From positions 64,001 to 128,000 of the forward strand of contig CAVYLP010000002.1 in the NCBI GenBank assembly GCA_963769425.1: a stretch of DNA of 64,000 bases, written 5' to 3'. This document shows positions 43,900 through 55,561 of this stretch, piece after piece. The position numbers and the translations under genes were made by a program. The notes beneath the pieces are model-generated. The model was given only the letters and a program-made list of their open reading frames with translations. It had not been told where the DNA came from and ran no database searches. The first letter of the stretch is position 1. The number at the start of each line of letters is the position of its first letter. The DNA comes from Candidatus Bathyarchaeota archaeon (lineage in GTDB: Archaea > Thermoproteota > Bathyarchaeia > TCS64).

Positions 43900-44202
43900 C
43901 TATTGTATCGGATCATGGACGGTGACCAGCTTCGTTCCATCGGGGAATGTCGCTTCACACTGTACTGTGTGTATAAGTTCAGGTACTCCGGGCATTACCT
44001 CGTCGCGTTTAAGTATGGTTCGGGCTGACTTCATCAGCTCAGCGACGCTCTTTCCTTCCCGGGCCCCCTCAACTATGTAGTGTGCAATGTATGCATTGGA
44101 TTCCGGGTAGTTGAGTTTCAGGCCCTTCGCCTTTCTCTGTATAGCGATCTGGGCAGCGGTCCAGATCATCATCTTATCAATTTCTCTTGGTGCGAGCATC
44201 AT
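43900..44202 (-). CDS. ureA: Urease gamma subunit
   Basis: [25 protein letters not shown]. Confidence 0.97.
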   Translation of the reverse strand: MMLAPREIDKMMIWTAAQIAIQRKAKGLKLNYPESNAYIAHYIVEGAREGKSVAELMKSARTILKRDEVMPGVPELIHTVQCEATFPDGTKLVTVHDPIQ

Positions 44203-44281
44203 TTTCTTTTTTCTTCTCCTTCTTCTCTCATTACTTCTCCTTTTCTTTCACTTTTTGTTTAAACGAATTAGTAATTGGGTG

Positions 44282-45433
44282 TCATGGTCTTCCCCAGCCA
44301 ATTCCAAATGGTATGTACATTACGTAGGGAGCTGCGAGTAGGAAGAACCAAGTAGTGAAGACAAATGGTCCAGTCAGTGCAGGTAATCCCCACCTGCCAA
44401 AGAAGTTTTGTAGCGCGGGCATCGTGAATAGGCTACATACGACGGTTGCAATTACAGCGTAAAGGAATGACTGCAAAGTTAGGGGTAGGAAGCTGGTTAT
44501 GGCGATCATGACTAGAACTTGATTGAACCCGTGAATACCAGCCCTGATTTCTGTCACCGGGAGTTTTGCGAGGATGGCAAGGCTTACGCCGATGGCCGAT
44601 CCGATAAACGCCATAGCGCCCCCCAAGTAGAGCATTGAATAGGGGTCCCAGCCGGTTGTGAAAGCGTTAGTAAGGAGGCGATTTCCTACGAGTTCGAAAG
44701 AGAAGGTTAAACCTAGAACCCACATGAGACCGGTTTTCCAGTTCTCTACAAAGGTGACTTGTGAAATCCCCTTTAAAGTGGCCTTAACGAACTCCCAAGC
44801 GGTCCACTTGAATCCGGGGACTATTACTTGTTTCGGGTTTTCGCTGTTTTGGAGTAGATCATCTTGGTTCCGTACACCACTGGCTAAGTTGAAAATGTTA
44901 AGCTGTGATATAGTATGGGGAGAGACATCTGTCGATGTTGAGGGCCAGATATCATGCCCATATCTCTTTGAAGCGTACATCATGACCCAGGTTGTGAAAA
45001 TGAAGGAGGCGGTGAAACCAGGTATTGCCCAACCATTTCCGCCCAATACGAAGAAGTCACCCATAATGTGAGCAAAGGCCATCCAGATGAACGCCGTGAC
45101 CGCGGCGCCAATTAACGACATAATAAGTGTTGCTTTGTTAGATTTTGTGAACGGACCTGAATAGAAGGCCATCCCGGTTAGTATCGAGTTATAGCCGAAG
45201 AGCCCAAAGGTTACTAAATCATATGATGCGCCCATCATCAGTGCTACTGCTGCTCCGATGAGGCCGGAGACCGCCATCATAATGCCAGACTTTCGGGATG
45301 CAATGAAGACACCGGCAAGTATCAAGAGGCCATTGAGAGGCGAACTCAGCAGCGGGACTTCGGATATCCCGTTTAATAGAATATAGAAGAAATCTAAGAT
45401 AGGGTTGCCTGTGCTAAAACTAGGGGCAGCCAT
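44282..45433 (-). CDS. Urea transporter (UT family)
   Basis: Internal repeat GISEV/GISQV, GLFGYN/GIHGFN, LPALTGPF; directly upstream of ureA. Confidence 0.88.
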   Translation of the reverse strand: MAAPSFSTGNPILDFFYILLNGISEVPLLSSPLNGLLILAGVFIASRKSGIMMAVSGLIGAAVALMMGASYDLVTFGLFGYNSILTGMAFYSGPFTKSNKATLIMSLIGAAVTAFIWMAFAHIMGDFFVLGGNGWAIPGFTASFIFTTWVMMYASKRYGHDIWPSTSTDVSPHTISQLNIFNLASGVRNQDDLLQNSENPKQVIVPGFKWTAWEFVKATLKGISQVTFVENWKTGLMWVLGLTFSFELVGNRLLTNAFTTGWDPYSMLYLGGAMAFIGSAIGVSLAILAKLPVTEIRAGIHGFNQVLVMIAITSFLPLTLQSFLYAVIATVVCSLFTMPALQNFFGRWGLPALTGPFVFTTWFFLLAAPYVMYIPFGIGWGRP

Positions 45434-45666
45434 TAACCCATTTCCCCCATATGAATCAATGTTTAAACCGCGTTCCAGTGGGAAATGGCGCTATTTATAT
45501 TCGGAGTTTTTTTTAATTATTAAAGATTATTTTATATTAAGTTTATTACAATTTATTGTTAATAAACTCAGAAAAAAAGGGGGTTAATTATTACTTTTTA
45601 AGCGTAATTCCCGACAATAGTTTATTTTATAATACATTTTCTGAGAAACGATAATTGAGACAAATC

Positions 45667-46218
45667 TTAGTTGATAATTTGGGAGTTATTAATTGCTATT
45701 GTTATATAATCTTCTCCAATTTCGGAAATAATATCGCCGTCAATAATTTCTTTCAACATACATTGAAAATATCCGTGTAGAAAAATACCAAATCTACTGT
45801 CGAAATTATGCTCTAAAATAAAAATTTTTTTGTCATCAATAGTTGAATATTTACTCGTGAACCAACCCCAATACTTCCCTAAAATATTTGTTACAAATTC
45901 TACAATATTTTCAAAATTTAATTTTTTATTCATTCCAGCAATGATAAGCTTTGGCCGAGTTGAACCAGCAAATGCTCCAAGAGAATCCAACTCCTCATCA
46001 TTTAATAAATTGATTATATGATTAAAAGTAGAATCAGTTAACGTGATTTTTTCTCTATCTCCGAAGAATCTATCATCAAAAATAAATCTACAAAGAATAA
46101 TGTTATGCAAAGCACTTACGGTTATTCCCCTTTTTTTCGCCTCCTCATCCAATATTTTTTCACAATCGGCGTCGATTCGAAATGTTTTTGTGATAAATTT
46201 CTTTTTGGTTTGAGACAA
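45667..46218 (-). CDS. Ribbon-helix-helix transcriptional regulator
   Basis: TKTFRID...LDEEAKKRGITVSAL N-terminal RHH pattern. Confidence 0.72.
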   Translation of the reverse strand: MSQTKKKFITKTFRIDADCEKILDEEAKKRGITVSALHNIILCRFIFDDRFFGDREKITLTDSTFNHIINLLNDEELDSLGAFAGSTRPKLIIAGMNKKLNFENIVEFVTNILGKYWGWFTSKYSTIDDKKIFILEHNFDSRFGIFLHGYFQCMLKEIIDGDIISEIGEDYITIAINNSQIIN

Positions 46219-46274
46219 AGGGTAAGTAAATTTGATGAATAAATATCTATAAACCTTATTGTTAATTCTGCTTA

Positions 46275-46470
46275 GTGTGAACTGACAAATGGCAGCATGA
46301 CTACTATAATGCTATTACATCGACAACACACGTCACTTGGACCACCAAAACTGTTTGGAGATCCTTGTCGTGAAAGGTTCGGCAGAAATAGATGAATTGG
46401 CTCGAAAGGTCTATTCTATGCGTGGTATAAAGAACAAATCGAGCTCTCGATTCTAGTCATAGTTGAATAG
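46275..46470 (+). pseudogene. nikR: NikR C-terminal nickel-binding domain remnant
   Basis: Across frameshifts reads QHDYY..ITSTTHV-H-LDHQNCLEILVVKG; no N-terminal RHH. Confidence 0.8.
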
Positions 46471-46796
46471 AAATGAGAAAGTTCGAAGTATCAAACCATT
46501 TTCATGTATGGGTTTGTGAATACGCGCTTTTGCTGACGTCATGAATCAAGTTACCATGAAGTAGAAGGTCACGGTCAAGCCAGAATTTCCTCAGTTAAAC
46601 CATCATCATTATTCTATGCTGCTCAGTCGAGAATGCAGCAATCGGAAATCTCGGCAGCGAGCTCTCAATGAGTGGGTTGCCATCACTAGCTAAGTGTAAT
46701 CCGCGCGCTAATCCGCGCGCATCGGCGACGGTAATAGGAATGGCAAAAGAGAATACAATTCTGCTATATACTTGATTAGCGTTGATGTAATTCTTT

Positions 46797-47036
46797 ATGA
46801 CTGAGATTAAGGTCGCTAAGATCGTCGATGCTAGTAATCTGTACTGTCCGGTACCAATCGTGAAGCTCTCTTCCGCGATGAAAGAGATTGCTGTAAACGA
46901 TATCCTGGAGATTAATGCGACTGATCCGGGGGTTTTTAACGGATATATCTCACTGGGCTTCATCAACTGGTAATGAAATAGTTAAACAATCAACATGGGG
47001 AGATACTTCAAATTCTTTATTAAAAGAAAGGCTTAG
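46797..47036 (+). CDS. tusA: TusA/SirA-family sulfurtransferase (frameshifted)
   Basis: MTEIKVAKIVDASNLYCPVP...ATDPG; indel in the G/T homopolymers near 46930. Confidence 0.8.
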
Positions 47037-47063
47037 GTACGCGCAGCGCGCTACGCAAATCCG

Positions 47064-49809
47064 TTATGGCGCTATAGATATATAATAGAGCTCGGTTAAT
47101 CCCTGACCCCCTGAAGCGAAGACTCCAACGTTGATAATGCTGGGGGTTGACCAAATAAACACAGTTCCATCAACTGCGAGGTCCTTATACTTCTGAAGGA
47201 AAGCCGAGACAACATTAAGAGAGTTATCTAACCCATTAGAACTAAGAGACGAAGAGCCAACATTGATGAAAACGTTAGGATTAACAGAAGTTGCATTAAC
47301 GATACGCAACCCAGAAGCCACAATCGCCTTGTAGACCCCCTGAATGAGGGCGGTCGTGGTATTGCTCGTTGGCGGAGCAAGGCTGAACAAATCGTCGTAC
47401 GCCGCCACAGCGTCGACGCCAGCACCAACGCTTCCAGACGTTGGATCTATCGCAGTCATAAAGGCTAGCTGGGTCACAACCCCCTGAGTCCCCGGATTAG
47501 TGTAAACTGCGACGAAGTACTCCAGAGTACCGCCGACCGAGTAGAGGAGATACGAGCCGAAACGATAGTTGGGGAGAAGTGTGAGCTCCGTCCTCACATG
47601 GCTATTAGTCGTGAGGGCATTCTCCGCCGCTGAAGGCCCGATGAAGGTGGCGTTAGACGAAGGCGTCTGATATAGATCGATCTGGCCAAGTCTATCCCCG
47701 TTATAAGCTATATAGACCCCTGCCAGGTTCTTACTCGCTGCACTTTGGAAGTGCGCCAGCTGCATCCCAACGAAGTAAGTTGAATTACCAACAGCCCAGG
47801 GGATGTACTGTACCGTATTATTATTTGGCCGCTCATAGAACTCTGATCCTGAACGCCACACAAATGGTTGATCAACGTGGTAAAGGAAGTCATAGTCCAA
47901 CTGGCCAGGGGAGTTTGGTGAACCAAGTAACTGTTCGGGATATCTTAGCTGGGGAATTAGCCAGTCAGGCGCTTTCCCCCAGCTGCTATAGTAACGAGAA
48001 TAGTAATCAGTTAGGAAGTCGTTTCCACCCATGCTGATAAGGTCGTACGTGGTGTACCCATGCATAGAGCCGTCGCTGATGTCCACGAGCACGACTCCGA
48101 AGAACCGAAGATATGGACTTGCCGAGAAGCCGGACTGTATCGGGTAGCTAGTGTAAAGCTGGACAACATAGTAAAGCCTGCTACCGTCCGTCGCCAAGTA
48201 AGCCGCCGGATCCATGGTGAGCCCGGGTATGAGCACGTCGCCCACCCTCTTGTAAACATCCCTATGCCACAGCATGTCGATGTTGTAGTTTGAGAAGGCG
48301 AACCCCAACTGGCCCTCGCCGAAGGTAAACCACATACTCTTCTGCCAACCACTTAGGGTGTAGTCGGGTTGACCTGAGAAGCTAGCGTTCTGGACCTCCT
48401 GGTAACCGGGCACGTGGACGTAGACATTCGTGTCGAAGCCGCCGCTAGGTGACGACTGTCCATAGTAAATTAGTGGCTCATTGCTTACGCCGAATGCCTG
48501 CTGGGGCTGAAGCTCGACTCCGGTGTGGGTGTTGATTACGAGGGTCCTTGAGGCGTGTGTGTAGATGAGGTGCTCGCTTATCCAGTCAGTTGCTGGGTAA
48601 CTCGGGACAGTGGGTGAAACCCAGTACTCCCCGTTGTTCAGGAATACGATCTCGGAGCTCGCTAGCTGCATCCAGTTGTAGGCACCGATCTCCTTAGTCA
48701 TTGTGACCGACGCTGACTGCCCATCCCACTGTCTTACGAGCCCAAGTATGGTTCCAGCGTTGCTTGTGGGTAGGTTCTGGAGCGTGCGGACACTTATTCC
48801 GTTTAATCCAGCTGCCCAATCAGTCACGGCTATGCTCTTCTGTGTCTGGGGGTACCACTCGTAGTTCAGGTAGTTGTTGTTCCAGTTCAGCTGAAGATAG
48901 CCTATGACTCCAGACATTGAGAGGAGGACTAAGCCCAGGAGGATGGGTGCAAGGATGAATCTGCTTCTAATCTTCAGGGGGGTCACCTTTCCCCCGTTTC
49001 GGACCAGCTGCGAGACTGAGAGGGCGAGAAGGAGCATCGTCCAGGCTCCGATGTACCAGTAGGGAGTAGCGGCGTTCATCGACCAATATGCTGCGTTTAG
49101 GATCAGAAGCGCGAGAAGTGAAGTTACTATGAGGAAGAAGTGCTCCACCCAGGTGTCTCTCCAGCTGAGTCCACTTGTTAGTCTTAGGCCTATGCCGAGG
49201 AAGGTTCTGATCAACATTCTGATGGCGAAGACAGATAGAATGAGCCAGGCGATGATGTAGATGATGCGGTACTGGGTCTCGAGTGTCGGCATGAGGTTGA
49301 CGAGTTCGGTTCCTGAGGCAGGGAGTAGCGGTAACATTATCACGCGGGGAAGGTTTGCCCAGCTGCCGTAGCCCATGGCGTTCAGCATCACCGGGTTCAT
49401 TATGTCCCCAAGTATGGGAATGGATCCGCTAGGGGACTATCATTGCGAACACTGCTATCCACTTTGTTAGCTGCCAGAACAGCCACGTTCTCATGCTTAG
49501 AGGAGTCTCCGATCTCTGTGTTGTAGGGGCTGATGATGCGAAGAATCCCCTGATGATCCTCAGGAGGTCACTGTGACCGATTTTGGGGTTTATCACCAAG
49601 AGGGCTATGAGTCCGGCTACCCAGAAGGTGTAGCCGTGGTAGAATCGTAGGTATACCCAATCCAAGCCGGCTTTGACTTGGTATACGTATTGGAATATGC
49701 TGAATTGGAGATATAGCCAGGCTATGTAAAATGAGGTGACTATTATCAGTATGGTGATAGATACTATCAGGATTCTTCTGAAAAATCTGAGCTCCTCCGG
49801 AGTCGTCAT
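47064..49809 (-). CDS. UPF0182-family membrane protein (frameshift near 49433)
   Basis: VRQWD, WISEHLIYTH, PLIYYG, RYPEQL; N-terminal part is ORF 49429-49809. Confidence 0.75.
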
Positions 49810-49984
49810 ATAAGTCTAAAGATTATACCCTTTTAAAAATCAAGCTAAACTGGTTCATAAAATCTGGGTTTACTATTTGTTTTTCGGGTTTTTTACGAAT
49901 TATGCGAAGTGCAAACTTATCGAATATCTCATTTGTGCGGTTTTCTCTGAAGTTAAGGAATCAGTATAACCGGCGCGCTTGTCG

Positions 49985-50500
49985 CAGCAGTCAAGACCTC
50001 TTCTGGCGGACACATTATAATAGAGCTCACAAAAAAGGCTAGGCCACATGATCTCTCGCTACCCAAGATAACGAGCTACACTACGAGAACCGGTACCTTC
50101 TTTCCCGCCGTGACCTTCTCAGCTATAGAGCCGCCTCCCCTTGATGCCTGCGCCAACGACTATCAGGTCGTAGCCCTCGTCTTCGGCTATATGCAGGATT
50201 GCCTTGGCCTCATCGTTTGCCTCATCAGTTCGGAGGTCATATTCGATGTCATGAACATTTAATTTATCTGCGAGATACTTGAATATCAGAGCCCCATTAT
50301 CCTCCTCAGCATTCTTCAGTTGTTCCATTATCTTTTCTGCCTTGCAAGTGCCGAATCGTGGTAGGCATAGAGTATTGGTAATGCGTCGCTTTAGACGACT
50401 TTGCAATTTTAATTGCCTTCTCAAGTGCTTTGTTTGAGGATATTGAGTCGTTCCAACCGACGAGAATCTTGCCACCTGGCTTAACCTTCGAAGCATTTTT
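49985..50500 (-). pseudogene. Universal stress protein remnant
   Basis: AKAILHIAEDEGYDLIVVGA.G with broken flanks. Confidence 0.65.
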
Positions 50501-51400
50501 CTCCAGTTACTCTCACGATCGAGGGTTTAGGGTATGCCTATGAATATATATTCATTTTAACCAAAAGTAATCGTAGTCTTGGCCGAGCGCGCATCGAGTG
50601 AGAAAAAGGGAGTATCCAATGGATTTGAAAAGGAAAGGATAAAATAGAAAGCTTCCAAAAAACCTTTGCGTAAGGATTGAAGTGTTGTTTTGGTATCAGA
50701 GAAAGTTATTCGGTTTCAGGGGAAAAATAAGGATCTGAGTCAGCTATCACAGCAGATCGTAAAGCAGCTCGGAGTGAAGGATACAAGACACAGGCACAAG
50801 TGCCCCTCTGGGGCAGATCATTCAAGCGAAAAAAGCCGGTGTTCTACGCGATATAATCACCGCCGATAGGGCGTTCAGTATTCTTATAACCGGGCAGCCA
50901 AACGATTTTTCGATTCACATTGGTATTGGAAAGTGGATCCAGAACCTCGCGGTCGCAGCTGTCGAGACGCTGCTTCTAACTTGGTTGTTCCTCGCCGTCG
51001 ATGTGCCTGAGATGCTCTGGACCCGGCATGTCGAGAAGGAGATCGTCAAGGAGATAACTCAGATCGTGGAAAACATGCCAACAACTGAGAACTGCTACGA
51101 AGAAGCCTGAGTATAATCCTCCACCGATCCCGGGTGATAAATCACCGGATGATGTCGCGAGTGATCGCGATCACCCAAATCCGAATCCAAAGTAAAAAAC
51201 TTCAGTAGTCTTTTCCTGGTTCAGTGATATGGTCTTGGCCTTTAGGAGTATGGACGTAGGGAATCAAGCGTCGGCTTGAATGTTCAACCTTTAATCAAAG
51301 GAGTTTGCTTCAAATCTTATAATCAGACTTATTTATAATATAAGGGAAAAAAATGGACCTAGGAAACCACGCTATATTGGACTTGATTTAGCTACGGAGA

Positions 51401-51895
51401 TTACTTCGTGTGCGATCCGAAGGCTTCATTCAGTTTCGCCTCCTGCTCAGAGGATAGAGAACTGCGAATAACCTTTGGATGAAGCGGGTTGAGTGCCTGA
51501 ACAGCCTTATCAACGGTGACATTTGATGCAATGATCGCCAGAGCAGAGGTCCCAGGCGTCACGGATTCCTCGACCTGCTTCAGAAAATCTTTGCTAACAC
51601 CGTAATGCGCGAAGTGGCCCGCGATGGCTCCTGACACCGCCCCGATAGCAACTGCGCCTATCAATGGCACGAAGAATAATAGGCCGAATAGTAGTCCCCA
51701 GAACGCTCCGCCCATTGCACCGATTCCGGTAAGGTTGCGGATGTTCTTTATCTTAATCTTGCCATCGGCTTTTCGAACAACCTCAACCGCATCATTGAGA
51801 TTGAGAACATATTCATCGTTTAATTCTACCAGTTTTTTCCTTCCCTGATCTGCTCCATCTTCACTGGTAAATGCAAGTACAATCATATCTATCAA
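51401..51895 (-). CDS. DUF1269-family membrane protein
   Basis: DAVEV.R..DGK, GGAFWGLLFGLLFF.P..G, TPGTSAL, SLS.EQE..L. Confidence 0.85.
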   Translation of the reverse strand: MIDMIVLAFTSEDGADQGRKKLVELNDEYVLNLNDAVEVVRKADGKIKIKNIRNLTGIGAMGGAFWGLLFGLLFFVPLIGAVAIGAVSGAIAGHFAHYGVSKDFLKQVEESVTPGTSALAIIASNVTVDKAVQALNPLHPKVIRSSLSSEQEAKLNEAFGSHTK

Positions 51896-52510
51896 AATGT
51901 TTTACCTTCAGCTAATATTTTGGAAGCGTTTTATATATGGATTGAGTGTACGATACAATTTTTAATTAACTCTTTAAATGTGGATTTCTCTACTGAATCT
52001 GAGTCGTTATGGAAGTTGCCACTGTTGAGAGTAAGAAGGTGAGGAAGCCTAAGAGGTATATCGAGAAGATTCTTAGGAGAGTTTTCCCGAAGAACCCTAG
52101 ACGGAAATAGGGAGACCTGAGCTTCTGTATAAGAATGCGCTGTACTAAGCTCATACAACATTCATGCTCGTGACCCAATCTAGAGAAGATTTTTTCATGC
52201 GAAATAATTAGCTACGCGCGCGATACTTTCAAATTCTATATCAAAAAGAAGGTTTAGAACATTTTTTCGCCTAGTTTCTTATTAACGATCTTCATACACG
52301 CCGCATGCGCATTTATCCAATCTTTACCTTCTAACTACGCTCGATTTCAGAGGAATTTGAGACCAGATCAAGGATTTTACGAGCGCGTGTTGTTTAAGAT
52401 AAGAATAACCAACTATCACTTTAATTTAGTAATAAGTTCTTTTTATAATTAGTAGAATCATAAATGATAAAGTTGTAATGACAACTTTTTTAAAAATTTA
52501 TTTTTATACT

Positions 52511-53185
52511 CTATTTTTCCTTGGGTGGCACCATCTCCCCCCCTCCATAGGCTGAAGCGGTATCTAGAAGGTGACCCCAACTTGGCAGGTGTTCTCTAAA
52601 CACCATCGCGTATTTCCACCCGACAGCCTCATCTCGACGCCAGTCAGCCTCTAACTCGGCCCCAATGGACCACCAATTTCTCACTTTAACACCTGATTGC
52701 GATAATGTTGCTATTGTGGCCTCACGTTCAAGAACGCTTACCGCACCAGATGCATCTATGACTGCGTGGACATCGAAACCCTCTTTTTTAGCATCGATTG
52801 ATGGAAACTGCAGACAGGTGGAATCACTTATACCAGCGATGATCAGTTTCTTTCTGTGGGTAGCCTCAACAGCCACCCGAAATGCCGGCCAGCGCCAAGC
52901 GTTGATTACTCCCGTTCGTCTTATAATTTGAACGTCAGGGAATAGAGTCTTCAACTCCGGAAGAATAGGGCCGTTTGGTCCGTAGTCCCTGCTTGTTGTG
53001 AGAACCGTAGGTAATCCAAAGTTTTTTGCGGTCTTAGCTAGACCAACTATATTGTTCTTAAACTCTTCGGGGGACATGTCTCGGACGATCTGCATCAGTC
53101 CGACTTGGTGGTCGATTAGTAAAAGAGCCGCATTCTGCGACGTGAGTGATTCGACAGGACCAACATTTTCTTCATATTTTGTCAT
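52511..53185 (-). CDS. Isochorismatase-family hydrolase, YcaC-like
   Basis: LLIDHQVGL, GPNGP, INAW, TCLQFP, DASG. Confidence 0.9.
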   Translation of the reverse strand: MTKYEENVGPVESLTSQNAALLLIDHQVGLMQIVRDMSPEEFKNNIVGLAKTAKNFGLPTVLTTSRDYGPNGPILPELKTLFPDVQIIRRTGVINAWRWPAFRVAVEATHRKKLIIAGISDSTCLQFPSIDAKKEGFDVHAVIDASGAVSVLEREATIATLSQSGVKVRNWWSIGAELEADWRRDEAVGWKYAMVFREHLPSWGHLLDTASAYGGGEMVPPKEK

Positions 53186-53328
53186 TTTATCATTTCCTCT
53201 GGTATCCTGACTGTAAGAAAAATATTTTAACATGATGATATGTTTAGCCTCAATTACTAATTTGAAGGATCCCTCACACGAGGCGGGGGACAGTGTGAAG
53301 ATTAAAAGCATCTATTTCTATAATATTT

Positions 53329-54162
53329 TTGGTTAAAATGGAAGCTGAGACAAGCCTACAGAAAGATTCATCCATTGGATATATGATGCCAGTTCTATTT
53401 ATTGGACATGGCAATCCGATGAATGGTGTTGAAGATAATGAATTTTCTCGAGGCTGGAAAACAATCGCAGATACGTTACCCAAGCCAAAAGCCGTTTTGT
53501 GTATTTCAGCTCATTGGGAAACTAACGGAACATATGTAACAGCGACGGAGAAACCTCGAACAATCCATGACTTCTCTGGTTTCCCTCCAGAATTAAATAA
53601 TATACAATACCCAGCGATTGGTAGCAATTGGCTTGCACAAGAGACTAGGAATGCCATTAGTAACGCGACTATTGGTTTAGATAGTAGTTGGGGATTGGAC
53701 CATGGATGCTGGATTGTGCTAAGGAGAATGTATCCAAAAGCTGATATCCCAGTTGTTCAGCTAAGCTTGGATTATACTCAGCAAACCCAATACCACTACA
53801 AATTAGCTAAAGAACTAATGCCTTTGCGAAGAAAAGGGGTACTCATCATTGGCAGCGGCAACATGGTACATAATCTTGGTATGGCAAGAATGAAGGGTGG
53901 AGATTTTAATACTCCTTATGGATTTACGTGGGCCTTAGAAGCAAATACTCTTTTCAAGAAACTTATAAATGAAAATAGGTTCGAAGAACTTGTTGACTAT
54001 AAGAGCCTAGGAGGTGCGGTCCGGTTGGCCGTGCCTACAAATGAACACTATTTACCCATGCTTTACGCGCTTGCTTTAAAACAAGAAAACGAAGTCATAG
54101 CCTATTTTAACGATAAACCTGTCGCAGGTTCAATTACTATGACCTCATTTAAAATTAGCTGA
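53329..54162 (+). CDS. ygiD: 4,5-DOPA extradiol dioxygenase (LigB/YgiD family)
   Basis: FIGHGNPMN, SAHW, GLDHG, GSGNMVHNL, EHYLP. Confidence 0.9.
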   Translation: MVKMEAETSLQKDSSIGYMMPVLFIGHGNPMNGVEDNEFSRGWKTIADTLPKPKAVLCISAHWETNGTYVTATEKPRTIHDFSGFPPELNNIQYPAIGSNWLAQETRNAISNATIGLDSSWGLDHGCWIVLRRMYPKADIPVVQLSLDYTQQTQYHYKLAKELMPLRRKGVLIIGSGNMVHNLGMARMKGGDFNTPYGFTWALEANTLFKKLINENRFEELVDYKSLGGAVRLAVPTNEHYLPMLYALALKQENEVIAYFNDKPVAGSITMTSFKIS

Positions 54163-54333
54163 CAATTTTACTATCGCACATTTGATTTCGGAATTAGAAG
54201 GATAACACACTGTGAACGTGTATGAAGATCCTTTTTTTAACCCAAACTTGTAGGAGACACGGATATTAGGCAAACTAACAGGATAATGTTTAACTAAAAA
54301 GATTTCTTTGGCATATATGAGGATGAGGTCAGC

Positions 54334-54615
54334 TTGGTTCACGTAGTTGTCTATGAGAAAGTTAGGGACCACACCAACTGGTTGAAAACTTTCAATGGTG
54401 ACGCACCTAACAGGAAAGGGTCCAGAGGTGGAGTGATACTACAGTTTGAAAACGATCCCAACAGCCATTACATTGTCTTTGAGTGGAGCGACGAGGAGGC
54501 TCACGACTTTGCTAATTTCGCAAAGACGGCGGAGATGCAGAGAGTATTCAAGGAGGCAGGTGTACTTGAGCAGACGATCCAGATCTGCTTCCCATCGATG
54601 ATAATCAACAAATAA
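54334..54615 (+). CDS. Small dimeric alpha-beta barrel (ABM-like) protein
   Basis: KV.D...W...F, DPN, FEW, AGV pattern; GAGGT upstream. Confidence 0.65.
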   Translation: MVHVVVYEKVRDHTNWLKTFNGDAPNRKGSRGGVILQFENDPNSHYIVFEWSDEEAHDFANFAKTAEMQRVFKEAGVLEQTIQICFPSMIINK

Positions 54616-54666
54616 AAATACGGCAGCAAAAAAAAGTTAGAACATTTTAATAAGTTGTCTTATTGG

Positions 54667-55335
54667 CTATTTTTTCTGAATATAAACGTAACCCATTTTG
54701 TACCCTATTCTCCACCATCCATCGAACAAATACGCGTAAATCGTGTAGCCCCCAGTTTCCTTTGGCGTGAACTCGGCAGTGTAACGGGCTTCTTCTCCAA
54801 GAGGGAGATCCTTAAGGTCTATAGATGCCTGCTCCTCAGACTTTCCTGAGGGAGTTTCAACCCAGAACTCCAGTTTCAGACCCATACCTTTCTGCACACC
54901 CTTAATGGTTGCCTCAACACTGATGGTCTTCCCAATCGTCGAATATGGGTGTGAAAGCACTAGCAAGCGTTCAATACCTGCTTTAGCTTCACTTAACTTG
55001 ATATAAGTCCAACCGGATTCCCACCAGAAGTAGCCTCCATTCTTACGCCCTTTGATTGTGGCGAATACATCGGCAGAACCCACTGCGTTGACCCTGAAAA
55101 TCAGCTCTTTCTCTTTAGTCGGTTCCAGATCATATAGGTATTGTCCAGCCCCAAATCCCAATGATCCATAAACAGTTAGATTGTAGGTATCTAAGGAGTG
55201 TAATTGTACGTCAAGATCGTTAATGGTTTCTGCTCCAATGTTTTTTAGTTTCAATCTTAGCCAGCTAGTTCCTTTATCTACTACTGCGGGAGTTACTTCG
55301 TACTCGAGCGGATACTTCCATCTCATCCGTGTCAT
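54667..55335 (-). CDS. Hypothetical protein with two Ig-like domains
   Basis: LKNIG and FTPKETGGYTIYAY beta-sandwich patterns; AGGTGA SD. Confidence 0.7.
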   Translation of the reverse strand: MTRMRWKYPLEYEVTPAVVDKGTSWLRLKLKNIGAETINDLDVQLHSLDTYNLTVYGSLGFGAGQYLYDLEPTKEKELIFRVNAVGSADVFATIKGRKNGGYFWWESGWTYIKLSEAKAGIERLLVLSHPYSTIGKTISVEATIKGVQKGMGLKLEFWVETPSGKSEEQASIDLKDLPLGEEARYTAEFTPKETGGYTIYAYLFDGWWRIGYKMGYVYIQKK

Positions 55336-55561
55336 TTTCCATTCACCTTAGATAACATACCCTAAAAATGATTTATGTATCTGATTAGATTTTGCTGCTC
55401 ATACTATAGGTAAATTTTTAAGAAATACATAAGAATAATTTTCTTTACTATCATCACCGAGACAGCTTCGGAGACCTCGATAATCTGTCAAAAAATTAAA
55501 TGACTCATGCGAATTATATTTATAATAACCAATTCATATAGTTCTAGTGGGTAAATAGAAA

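Noticed and set aside
44203-44262. Polypurine tract upstream of ureA
   Set aside because: Low-complexity leader with no repeat unit or structure that I can support.
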